A stretch of 64,000 nucleotides of DNA from Bdellovibrionales bacterium (GTDB taxonomy: Bacteria; Bdellovibrionota; Bdellovibrionia; Bdellovibrionales; UBA1609): NCBI GenBank assembly GCA_965242635.1, contig OZ251471.1, positions 1,227,388 to 1,291,387 of the forward strand, in the 5' to 3' direction. How positions within the stretch are numbered: the stretch's first letter is position 1; every line of letters begins with the position of its first letter. The notes under the pieces are model-generated. The model ran no database searches, was not told where the DNA came from, and saw nothing but the letters and a program-made list of their open reading frames with translations. The position numbers and the translations under genes were made by a program. Shown piece after piece: positions 16,863-24,976 of this stretch.

Positions 16863-18902
16863 ATGAACAAGCAACAGAAAATCAGACCCAGCAGAAAAAA
16901 AACCAGTGGCAAAAAAGTGTTTTTGTTGTGGCTGGCTTTTTTGTTGAGTGGGTTGATTTTTTTTCGGATTTATGAACTGAGGCAAAAAGCTTATGCACCG
17001 GACTTTAATTACCCCCGGTTTGTGGAAGCTCTTGCCAATGAGGAGATAAAAAAAGACTCCGTGATTTTTAACACCAGCAAGCAGGAGATCGCCGGGGAGC
17101 TGACAGAGGCCGGGGCAGAAAAACACAAAGGGGCCAAGTTCCGCATTCAGGGCAATGTGTCGGAAAAAGGTTTTGAACTGTTGAGGGAGAAGGGCATCAC
17201 CCCGGATTATGTCAATACGGATAACTCCCTTTTGCTTTCCTTGTTGCTTAACTGGCTTCCTGTTTTGTTTTTTATCGGCATTTTTATTTTTATTATGCGC
17301 CAGATGCAAATGGGCGGCGGACGCATTCTTTCGTTTGGAAAAAGCAAAGCCCGTCTTATCTCCGACCGGAAGAAGGCCACCTTCAAGGATGTGGCGGGGG
17401 TGGAGGAAGCCAAAGAGGAATTAAAGGAGATAGTGGAATTTTTGAAAAACCCCAAAAAATTCACCCGCCTGGGGGGGCGTATCCCCAAAGGGGTTTTGTT
17501 GATTGGTGCCCCCGGCACAGGCAAGACCCTGCTGGCCAAGGCGGTGGCGGGCGAGGCGGATGTGCCTTTTTTTACCATTTCCGGTTCTGATTTTGTGGAG
17601 ATGTTTGTGGGTGTTGGGGCCTCCCGTGTGCGGGACCTGTTTGTGGAAGGCAAGAAAAATGCCCCCTGTGTGATTTTTGTGGATGAGATTGATGCCGTGG
17701 GCCGGCACCGGGGCTCTGGCATGGGGGGAGGCCATGATGAAAGAGAACAGACTTTAAATCAGCTTTTGGTGGAGATGGACGGCTTTGAAAGTCAGGTGGG
17801 CATCATTTTGATTGCGGCCACCAACCGCCCGGATGTATTGGATCCGGCCCTCCTCAGGCCCGGACGGTTTGACCGGCGGGTGGTGGTGAATGTGCCCGAC
17901 TTAAAAGGCCGGCAGGAGATTTTAAAAGTGCATACCCGTAAAGTCCCTCTGGCCCCTCATGTGGATTTGGAAAAAATAGCCAGAGGCACTCCGGGGTTTT
18001 CTGGAGCGGACCTGGAAAACCTGATAAATGAGTCTGCCCTCATGGCGGCCCGATTTGACAAGGATCAGATTGAAATGCAGGATATGGAGCGGGCCAAGGA
18101 CAAAGTCATCATGGGCCGGGAGAGACGGTCCATGGTGATCAGTGAAAAAGACAGGGAGCTGACCGCCTACCATGAGGCGGGCCACACCTTGGTGGGGAAA
18201 AAGCTCCCCAACCTGGATCCGGTGCATAAGGTGACCATCATTCCCCACGGCATGGCCCTGGGTCTGACACAGACTTTACCCAAGGAGGATACTCTCAACT
18301 TAAGCAAAAGCAAGGCGGAGAACACTTTGGCCTTTTTGTTTGGCGGAAGAGCGGCGGAGGAGCTGATATTCAAGGATTACACCACAGGAGCGGGAAATGA
18401 TATTGAAAAAGCCACAGAGCTGGCACGTCGGATGGTATGCGAGTGGGGCATGAGTGAAAAGTTGGGCCCTCTGGCTTTGGAAAAAAGAGGGGGGCCGGTG
18501 TTTTTGGGCATGCAGTATTCCCGTGGCCGGGAATACTCAGAGGACAAAGCCAGAGAAGTGGACCAGGAAATACAAAGGCTCATCAGAACAGCCCATCAGC
18601 AGGCCATGGATATTTTAAAAGGAAACAAGGACATTCTGGATGTTATGGCTCAGGCTTTGTTGAAATATGAAACCATTACGGGTGAGGAAGTGGATATGAT
18701 AGTTCAGGGGAAGGGGCTTGAGGCTTTGGCCGAAAACAGAAAAGAAAGGGATGTTCAGCTGGCCAAAGAGAGAAGAAAACAAAAAGTGGAGAAGGCACGA
18801 GCCATGCAGAAAAAAGTGCGGGCGAGGCAGAGGAAGAACAAAACCGCTTTGGGGAAAGCGACTTCTCCTGTGGGCCAGCCCATATCGGAACCGGTGACAT
18901 GA
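16863..18902 (+). CDS. ftsH: ATP-dependent zinc metalloprotease FtsH
   Basis: Walker A GAPGTGKT, Walker [13 protein letters not shown] region, and the zinc motif HEAGH. I chose the start at MNKQQK. Confidence 0.95.
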   Translation: MNKQQKIRPSRKKTSGKKVFLLWLAFLLSGLIFFRIYELRQKAYAPDFNYPRFVEALANEEIKKDSVIFNTSKQEIAGELTEAGAEKHKGAKFRIQGNVSEKGFELLREKGITPDYVNTDNSLLLSLLLNWLPVLFFIGIFIFIMRQMQMGGGRILSFGKSKARLISDRKKATFKDVAGVEEAKEELKEIVEFLKNPKKFTRLGGRIPKGVLLIGAPGTGKTLLAKAVAGEADVPFFTISGSDFVEMFVGVGASRVRDLFVEGKKNAPCVIFVDEIDAVGRHRGSGMGGGHDEREQTLNQLLVEMDGFESQVGIILIAATNRPDVLDPALLRPGRFDRRVVVNVPDLKGRQEILKVHTRKVPLAPHVDLEKIARGTPGFSGADLENLINESALMAARFDKDQIEMQDMERAKDKVIMGRERRSMVISEKDRELTAYHEAGHTLVGKKLPNLDPVHKVTIIPHGMALGLTQTLPKEDTLNLSKSKAENTLAFLFGGRAAEELIFKDYTTGAGNDIEKATELARRMVCEWGMSEKLGPLALEKRGGPVFLGMQYSRGREYSEDKAREVDQEIQRLIRTAHQQAMDILKGNKDILDVMAQALLKYETITGEEVDMIVQGKGLEALAENRKERDVQLAKERRKQKVEKARAMQKKVRARQRKNKTALGKATSPVGQPISEPVT

Positions 18903-18914
18903 TATGATGACACA

Positions 18915-18988
18915 GGTGGCGTGGCCGAGTGGTCAGGCGACGGACTGCAAATCCGTTTACGTCGGTTCAATTCCGGCCGCCACCTCCA
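18915..18988 (+). tRNA. tRNA-Cys (GCA)
   Basis: A manual cloverleaf fits: acceptor GGTGGCG/CGCCACC, anticodon arm ACGGA-CTGCAAA-TCCGT, T arm GTCGG-TTCAATT-CCGGC, discriminator T, and an encoded CCA. Confidence 0.9.
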
Positions 18989-19160
18989 TTATGGTAAAGA
19001 GTTACAATCAGAGGGAGGGTCGCGGCGAAAAGTAACCCGCTTTGCGGGCGGTTCAATTCCGGCCGCCACCTCCATTATGGTAAAGAGTTACAATCAGAGG
19101 GAGGGTCGCGGCGAAAAGTAACCCGCTTTGCGGGCGGTTCAATTCCGGCCACCACCTCCA
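18964..19160 (+). repeat. 86-bp tandem repeat that reiterates the 3' 25 nt of tRNA-Cys (3 copies of the tRNA end, 2 spacers)
   Basis: GGTTCAATTCCGGCCGCCACCTCCA occurs at 18964, 19050 and 19136 (the third copy has one G>A change). The copies are separated by identical 61-nt spacers containing the hairpin ACCCGCTTTGCGGG. Confidence 0.9.
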
Positions 19161-19179
19161 TATAACGAGAAGGCATATA

Positions 19180-20145
19180 ATGAAAATAGTGTTGGCAGGG
19201 GGAAGGGGCTTTCTGGGGCAGGAGCTGGTCAAATCTTTTGCAAAAGATTCGGCCCAAAAGCATGATTTGGTTGTGTTGAGCCGGGGGGGCTCTCTTTCCG
19301 GCCCGGCCCGTCTTGTGCCCTGGAATGCCCGCACTCTCAGCGAATGGGCCAGAGAAGTGGATGGGGCGGATGTGATCATCAATCTCACTGGTCAAAGTGT
19401 AAAATGCCTTTATACCGACAAAAACCTTAAGGCACTGAGGGACTCCCGCATTCTTTCCACGCAAGTGATTGGCCAGGCCATTCGGCAGGCTCAAAAGCCC
19501 CCGGCTCTTTGGATTCAAATGAGCACAGCCTCCATTTATGCCCATAGTTTTGATCGTCCTCAGGATGAGGAAACAGGCCAAACAGGGGAAACAGAGGATA
19601 CGCCCATAACATGGAAAAAAATAGCCCGGTTGGCAGAGGACTGGGAACAGGCCTCACTTTCCTCTCAGGTGTCAGCCACCCGGAAAGTCCTCATCCGTTC
19701 TGGTGTGGTTATGGGTCTTAACAAAGGGGGGGCGTTTGATATTTTTTTAAACTTAAGCCGTTTTGGTCTGGGGGGGCCGGTGGCCGGCGGAAGGCAGATG
19801 GTTTCCTGGATTCATTCAGCGGATTTTGTGAGGGCCATTCGTTTCCTAATGAATGACAAGGCGATAGAAGGGCCGGTGAATGTGTGCTCGCCTTATCCTT
19901 TGCCTCAGGCTGAGCTTATGAAAATTTTAAGGGAAAGCGTGGGTATGAAATGGGGACTTCCTGCCACAAAGTGGATGGTTCAGCTCTCTGCTTATTTGAC
20001 GGGTATTGACCCGGAGCTTTCCTTAAAAAGCCGTTATGCCGTGCCGAAGGTTTTGCTGAAAAGTGGTTTTTCTTTTTCTTTTCCCAAGTGGCAGGAGGCT
20101 CAGGCCGATCTCGTCGATCGATGGAGGAAAAACAGATCCCACTAA
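19180..20145 (+). CDS. SDR-family epimerase/oxidoreductase (YfcH / TIGR01777-like with a DUF1731-type C-terminus)
   Basis: MKIVLAGGRGFLGQ is a Rossmann GxxGxxG motif. Length and C-terminal region are typical of the family. Confidence 0.75.
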   Translation: MKIVLAGGRGFLGQELVKSFAKDSAQKHDLVVLSRGGSLSGPARLVPWNARTLSEWAREVDGADVIINLTGQSVKCLYTDKNLKALRDSRILSTQVIGQAIRQAQKPPALWIQMSTASIYAHSFDRPQDEETGQTGETEDTPITWKKIARLAEDWEQASLSSQVSATRKVLIRSGVVMGLNKGGAFDIFLNLSRFGLGGPVAGGRQMVSWIHSADFVRAIRFLMNDKAIEGPVNVCSPYPLPQAELMKILRESVGMKWGLPATKWMVQLSAYLTGIDPELSLKSRYAVPKVLLKSGFSFSFPKWQEAQADLVDRWRKNRSH

Positions 20146-20170
20146 ACCACACTGAAAAAGGGTTCCTGGG

Positions 20171-21259
20171 TCAGGCAGATTTTTGCTTTTGCCCGCTTGT
20201 ATCCTTCAGTATTGTGGACAAGTGGGTGGTCCACTTTGTGATTTCATAAAGGCATTTTGCCGGCAGATTTTTGTCTGCTATCCCCATAAAAGCCCCTGTA
20301 ATATTTTTTGAGCTGTCAAATATGGGGACAAGGGTGATATGCTTGGGCAGTTTCTCAAACCCCCAGGGACGAAAAAACTTTTTGTGTTGCTCATTGTCTA
20401 TAATAAAGCCGTGGTAAGGGCTTCTGGAATGAACGATCATGCGGAACACAGAGGGCTTGTCTGTTTTCATTGGTGTGGCAGGGCCTTCCATGGAATCACT
20501 CCATTCCTGGGGCTTGAATTCCCTGTTTTTAAAGGAAAACACTATCACTCCCGTAAAATATTTTTCCGCCAGTTTAAAGACCTGAGCAAAGGATTCATGC
20601 TCCTGGATATTTATCTGTGGTGAGGAACCAATGGTGGTTTTGATAAAAGTATTGAGCAAAGAGGTGGACTTGGAAAGCAAATCTGCTTTTGAGTGCTCTT
20701 CCTTTGAACTCTGTTGAGGGGGTGCTTTGGCCCTCGTGGGCGGGGGACTTTTTGTGTGCTTCCGGCTGGTTTTATGGTCTGACCAGGCCTGGATTTTGTT
20801 CCAGAACAGGCTCATGTTTTTGGGCGAGACCAAAACAGGCACAATGGAGTTATCCTCTGTTTTTTCCGGCCGGGCCAAACAGCCGGCAAACAAAATATTG
20901 TCCCACTCATAAAGGGGCAGAAAGGTCTCACTCCATTCTGCCCGATCCCGAACCCGATTCCAAAGCTCCTGATTTATGGTAATATTGTGAAAAAACGAAT
21001 CTGTAAGAAAGGGAATCTGATAGCAGTTTAAGGCCCATTCCATATATTGATCCATGCTGATTTTGTTGCTTTTCACCGCGTAAACGGCAAAACTGTCCGT
21101 TTTGGCCGAATTTTGCCATTCATTATAGTCCGATTCGGAAAGATGAAACCGGGCCTGCCATTCTCTGTCCATAAAATGCTCCAGATTAAATCTCCAGTAT
21201 ATAATTCTGTTCGGAAAATCCGGGGACTTTCTTAAATGAGCTTGTTTTTTTATGGCCAA
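20171..21259 (-). CDS. Hypothetical protein; the N-terminal part resembles a T2SSE_N/MshEN-type domain
   Basis: YMEWALNCYQIPFLTDSFF...LPLYEWDNILFAGCLARP fits the GspE-N pattern (..lpfvd....lPl.....l.vA..dP). The match is weak and the start is uncertain (TTG at 21259). Confidence 0.5.
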   Translation of the reverse strand: MAIKKQAHLRKSPDFPNRIIYWRFNLEHFMDREWQARFHLSESDYNEWQNSAKTDSFAVYAVKSNKISMDQYMEWALNCYQIPFLTDSFFHNITINQELWNRVRDRAEWSETFLPLYEWDNILFAGCLARPEKTEDNSIVPVLVSPKNMSLFWNKIQAWSDHKTSRKHTKSPPPTRAKAPPQQSSKEEHSKADLLSKSTSLLNTFIKTTIGSSPQINIQEHESFAQVFKLAEKYFTGVIVFSFKNREFKPQEWSDSMEGPATPMKTDKPSVFRMIVHSRSPYHGFIIDNEQHKKFFRPWGFEKLPKHITLVPIFDSSKNITGAFMGIADKNLPAKCLYEITKWTTHLSTILKDTSGQKQKSA

Positions 21260-21277
21260 TGGGCTTAATTATAGTGT

Positions 21278-22447
21278 ATGCACCTTTTACTGGACAAAAG
21301 CCGGGTTTATCTGGATTACAATGCCACCACCCCTCCTGCTGAGTTTTTGAGCCATCGTCTTCCGGAGTGGCTGACTTTGTGGGGAAACCCCAGCTCTGTG
21401 CACCAGAATGGACAAAAGGCCCGCTCTTTATATTGGGAGGGCAAGGCCCGGCTGGCTCAGTTCCTGGCCTGTCATCCTGGACAGCTGACCGCCACCAGCG
21501 GGGGCAGTGAAGCCAATAATATGGCCATCAAGGGCCTTTATGACAAATATTTCCCAAAAACCCCAAAGAGAACCGAAATTATCCTCTCCGCCGTGGAGCA
21601 CCCCAGCGTCCACACCCCCTTAAAGACCTTGAAGGCAAAAGGCATGCATCTTAAATATATCCCTGTGTCTCTGAAAGGGGAGTTGGATCTGTCTTTTTAT
21701 GAATCCGCTTTGAGCGAAAAAACTTTTATGGTGTGTGTGATGTATGCCAACAATGAGACGGGGAATATTTTTCCCATAGCCCGTATGGCCCACAAGGCCC
21801 GAAAGGCCGGGGCCTTTTTTCACTGTGATGCTGTGCAGGCTTTGGGCAAAGTTCGCTTTAATTTGCATCAGTTGGAGGTGGATACGGCCAGTTTTTCGGC
21901 ACATAAGTTTTATGGGCTTAAGGGCACAGGGGCTTTGTATTGCCGAAAGGGTCTCCTGCCGGCCTCTCTGATTGAGGGCGGGCCACAAGAAAGAAGGTGC
22001 CGGGCGGGCACAGAGAATGTCCTTGGCATGGCCTCCTTTGGTGCCGTGGCGGAAAAAGGGCCGGAGATTTTGGATATTTTTCGAAGTTTAAACCAATTAA
22101 GAGATGACATGGAAAAACAGGTTTTATCGGCTGTGCCGGGGGCCAGGGTTTTGGGGCAGGAGGGAAAAAGGCTCAACAACACCTCCTGTATTTGCGTGCC
22201 GGGGGTGGAGGGGGAGACTCTTTTAATGAACATGGACTTAAAGGGCTATTCTTTCAGTGTCGGCTCGGCCTGCCATTCGGGAAGCCTTAACCCCAGCTCA
22301 GTTTTAATGGCTATGGGCCTGAGTGAGAGGGAGGCCCGCTCCTCTTTTCGCATCAGCCTGGGCATAGGCACCACAAAAGAGGACATGGATTCTTTTGTGC
22401 CGGACCTTTTGTCTGCCATAAAGCGGGTTCAGTCTCTTGCTCCTTAA
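21278..22447 (+). CDS. Cysteine desulfurase (NifS/IscS class V aminotransferase)
   Basis: SFSAHKFYGLKGTGALY contains the PLP lysine. SVGSACHSG contains the active-site Cys. Confidence 0.9.
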   Translation: MHLLLDKSRVYLDYNATTPPAEFLSHRLPEWLTLWGNPSSVHQNGQKARSLYWEGKARLAQFLACHPGQLTATSGGSEANNMAIKGLYDKYFPKTPKRTEIILSAVEHPSVHTPLKTLKAKGMHLKYIPVSLKGELDLSFYESALSEKTFMVCVMYANNETGNIFPIARMAHKARKAGAFFHCDAVQALGKVRFNLHQLEVDTASFSAHKFYGLKGTGALYCRKGLLPASLIEGGPQERRCRAGTENVLGMASFGAVAEKGPEILDIFRSLNQLRDDMEKQVLSAVPGARVLGQEGKRLNNTSCICVPGVEGETLLMNMDLKGYSFSVGSACHSGSLNPSSVLMAMGLSEREARSSFRISLGIGTTKEDMDSFVPDLLSAIKRVQSLAP

Positions 22448-22535
22448 AAAAAAATTTACAGTTTTTGTGAGGCTTAGCCGATAGGCATGTGATACCTGCC
22501 AAAAAACAGGCCTTTTTAGCATAGGAGGGGGAAAA

Positions 22536-23510
22536 ATGAGCTTTGGATTGAGCTTTGCCATTCAACAGTGGACACTTTTTAGGGGCCGGCCTATAGCAAA
22601 AGGCTTGTTCTTCACGGTTTTGTGTTTACCCTTGTCAGGGTTTGCTGACTCCACAGCCTGGGGCCAGGGACCTTTGGACTCGCCCATAAACTATTCCCCG
22701 GAATTGGATAAAGAGATTCTTAAAAAACCCGCCAAAGGCCTGATATTGGCCTTTAAGGTGTGGCCTTTGAGCGAACAGGATAAAATGGCTCTTCTTAAAA
22801 AGACCAAACCCTTAAAACTCAAAGAAAAAGTCCAGTACCCACGCTTTAAAACTTATGTGTTTGAATGGGAGGAGTGGCATGAAAAAGCCCATGCCCAAAA
22901 AGCCTGCGAGGTTTTTTCCGATTTTCCCGGACTGGATTACTGTGAACCGGATCTTTTGCAAAAACCCAATACCGGCATGATACGAAAAAAAAAGTCCAAA
23001 ACAGCCAACAGAAAAGCCCACAGCAACACATTGGAAAAAATAGGTACAAAATGGAGCAAAGAATTGGGAACCACGGCAAAAGAACCCCAATCAGATATAA
23101 AGCTTAACCCTCCAGAGACTTTTCCGGCCGATCAGTCCGGGGATATCCGTTCCTGCAAAATTGTTTCCTCTGAATTGAATTTGCTGGAAGGGCAGTTATC
23201 TGATTACTGGGCACAGGAGATGATCGGATCCGATCTTATGCGAGAGGAGCTAAAGCTCCAGCCCCCTGTCAAGAAACACCTTGTGGCGGTGTTTGACACC
23301 CCTCATTACTCCAGCCGGCATGATATAGCCAGTAAACATATCATTTCACATAAGGGAAAACAGGCAGTCCTGCCAGACATAGGTGACAGCATCACCAGTT
23401 TTGATCACACACTCAGCAGTTACGGTTTAGGACACAGTGACTATCTTTTGAAAACAGCCAAAAAGAGGTGCCTGCCTCCCTCTGCCAGCCCAGGGGGTGC
23501 GGTGCGATGA
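22536..23510 (+). CDS. Secreted protein carrying the N-terminal (Asp, probable His) part of a subtilase S8 domain
   Basis: It has a signal-like N-terminus. DYWAQEMIGSDLMREEL...HLVAVFDT is the S8 Asp motif context, and GLGHSDYLL is a possible His motif. It ends ...PPSASPGGAVR, and its TGA overlaps the next ATG (ATGA). Confidence 0.55.
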   Translation: MSFGLSFAIQQWTLFRGRPIAKGLFFTVLCLPLSGFADSTAWGQGPLDSPINYSPELDKEILKKPAKGLILAFKVWPLSEQDKMALLKKTKPLKLKEKVQYPRFKTYVFEWEEWHEKAHAQKACEVFSDFPGLDYCEPDLLQKPNTGMIRKKKSKTANRKAHSNTLEKIGTKWSKELGTTAKEPQSDIKLNPPETFPADQSGDIRSCKIVSSELNLLEGQLSDYWAQEMIGSDLMREELKLQPPVKKHLVAVFDTPHYSSRHDIASKHIISHKGKQAVLPDIGDSITSFDHTLSSYGLGHSDYLLKTAKKRCLPPSASPGGAVR

Positions 23511-24976
23511 AGGCTTTAAGACTGTTGCCAATGATGTTTTTTTTGTTGTCGCCGGTGCTTTTCCATGAGCCGGCTCAAGCTGGATTTGTCAAAAAGAAAA
23601 CCAGACCAAAGGTAAAGCCGGAAACCTGGCGGGTCCCTTCCCCTCCCATAAAAACACCCTCCCAATCACCCATCGTGGCCTCCACCAATCCCTATCAGCA
23701 GTGCCGGGCCACTGTTATGCCCTCCTTTATCAGCCATTCCATGGGTATGGATGAAACCGGTTACCGTTCTTTCAAAGCTCTCTCCCCGCCTTCCATTTTG
23801 GTCCATGCGGCCGGTAACTCTCATCCTCAGCCATTATCCTCAGCCGAAAATAAAGCCAGCCGGGATTATAATGCCATTATTGTGGGCTCCATGTCTCCTG
23901 AAGGGGTGCGGAGCAGTTTTTCACAGGAAGGGGAGGCCGTCACCATCATGGCCCCTTCTGATCATTATCTCACTTCTGCCACCTCCACAGGGCATTATCG
24001 AAAATATAGTGGCACAAGTGGAGCCACCCCTTTGGTGACAGGCAGTCTGGCCGGTTTTGAGTGGATGGCCGGCTACCATCCCACAGCGGAGGAGGCCAAA
24101 ACTTTATTGGAAAAAACAGCCATCCCCACCCCTTATTCCAAAGACAAGCCCCGAAAAAATGGAGCGGGCATGGTCAACGCCTACAAACTGGCTATGGTGG
24201 GAAAACAGTTAAAACAAGCTTGTGGAAAAAACATATCCTGCTTTAAGGACCTGATAAAAAAAGACGACATTTATCAATTTCCTGAAGACGAGGCTGTGAT
24301 TGAGGCTTTGGACAAGGCTTTCCCTTATTGTTCCTCCACCTGCACAGCAGAGGAATTGAAAACCGAATCTTCATGTGCGGATAAAGCCCAGGCCTTTAAA
24401 GATTTAAGGAAACAGGCTTTCTTAAACCCTCAGAACAAAGCCCTTTGGAAAAAGATGGCCTGTGTGTATGCTCAAGGGGGTTTTGGCAAAAACACAGCTT
24501 TTGCTCTAAACATTTACAACACTCTTTCCGGCCGTCCCAACAGAGATCCTATTGGGTCCAGTGGCGGTTATCTGGCCGATATTTATTGTCAAAAAGATGA
24601 GGACTGTGCTTTGGCGACACCTTGCTCTGAAAAACCCGGCTCCAGATTACAAATCATGAGCAGGAGCTTTGTTGAACGCCATTATCTCCAATGTTTGGAG
24701 CAAAACAGGAAATACCCTCTTTGCAACGGCAAATGCCGGTGCGGTTCTCAGGAAAGTATAACAGAACCCCTGTCTTCTCCTGCCAAACCAGGTTCTGAGG
24801 ATGAAAAGAGAAAAAGAAGGGTTCAAAGTACTACCACATACAGTGTGGCCTGTATAAATTTCCAATGTATTAAGGGTATGAAAGTAGAAATAAGCGACAT
24901 GCCTGCTGAGCCTCCGGCCCCTAAACAGAAGGCGGAACCACCGGCCAATCCTACTGGCGGAGGGGCTGTGCGATAG
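23504..24976 (+). CDS. Secreted protein carrying the C-terminal (Asn, Ser) part of a subtilase S8 domain plus a Cys-rich extension
   Basis: It has its own signal peptide (MKALRLLPMMFFLLSPVLFHEPAQAG). The S8 motifs are ISHSMGMD (INMSLGG-like), ILVHAAGNS (oxyanion Asn) and SGTSGATPLVTGSLAG (catalytic Ser). It ends ...PPANPTGGGAVR. Confidence 0.65.
   Translation, partial: AMKALRLLPMMFFLLSPVLFHEPAQAGFVKKKTRPKVKPETWRVPSPPIKTPSQSPIVASTNPYQQCRATVMPSFISHSMGMDETGYRSFKALSPPSILVHAAGNSHPQPLSSAENKASRDYNAIIVGSMSPEGVRSSFSQEGEAVTIMAPSDHYLTSATSTGHYRKYSGTSGATPLVTGSLAGFEWMAGYHPTAEEAKTLLEKTAIPTPYSKDKPRKNGAGMVNAYKLAMVGKQLKQACGKNISCFKDLIKKDDIYQFPEDEAVIEALDKAFPYCSSTCTAEELKTESSCADKAQAFKDLRKQAFLNPQNKALWKKMACVYAQGGFGKNTAFALNIYNTLSGRPNRDPIGSSGGYLADIYCQKDEDCALATPCSEKPGSRLQIMSRSFVERHYLQCLEQNRKYPLCNGKCRCGSQESITEPLSSPAKPGSEDEKRKRRVQSTTTYSVACINFQCIKGMKVEISDMPAEPPAPKQKAEPPANPTGGGAVR

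Noticed and set aside
17207-18970. Multiple 60-170-codon ORFs on both strands within ftsH
   Set aside because: They overlap a gene with unambiguous FtsH motifs and are typical long shadow ORFs of a moderately GC-rich gene.
18964-19160. Possibility that the 86-bp array (and the 136-bp array at 49161-49455) is a CRISPR array
   Set aside because: Whole units, including the would-be spacers, are identical. There are no unique spacers, no cas genes and no leader, and the unit sizes do not fit a repeat-spacer architecture.
18921-19581. ORFs 18921-19121 (+), 19053-19388 (-) and 19075-19581 (-) spanning tRNA-Cys, its tandem array and the start of the epimerase gene
   Set aside because: They read through a tRNA gene and an exact 86-bp tandem repeat, so their repetitive peptide sequence is an artefact. 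The minus-strand ones are antisense to the well-supported 19180-20145 CDS.
23468-23510. Programmed or accidental frameshift joining the two subtilase ORFs into one protein
   Set aside because: This is not supported as the simple explanation. ORF2 begins with a complete signal peptide directly at the ATGA junction, and ORF1 ends in the same GGAVR tail as ORF2. I therefore report them as two coupled ORFs, although a recent pseudogenisation cannot be excluded without comparative data.
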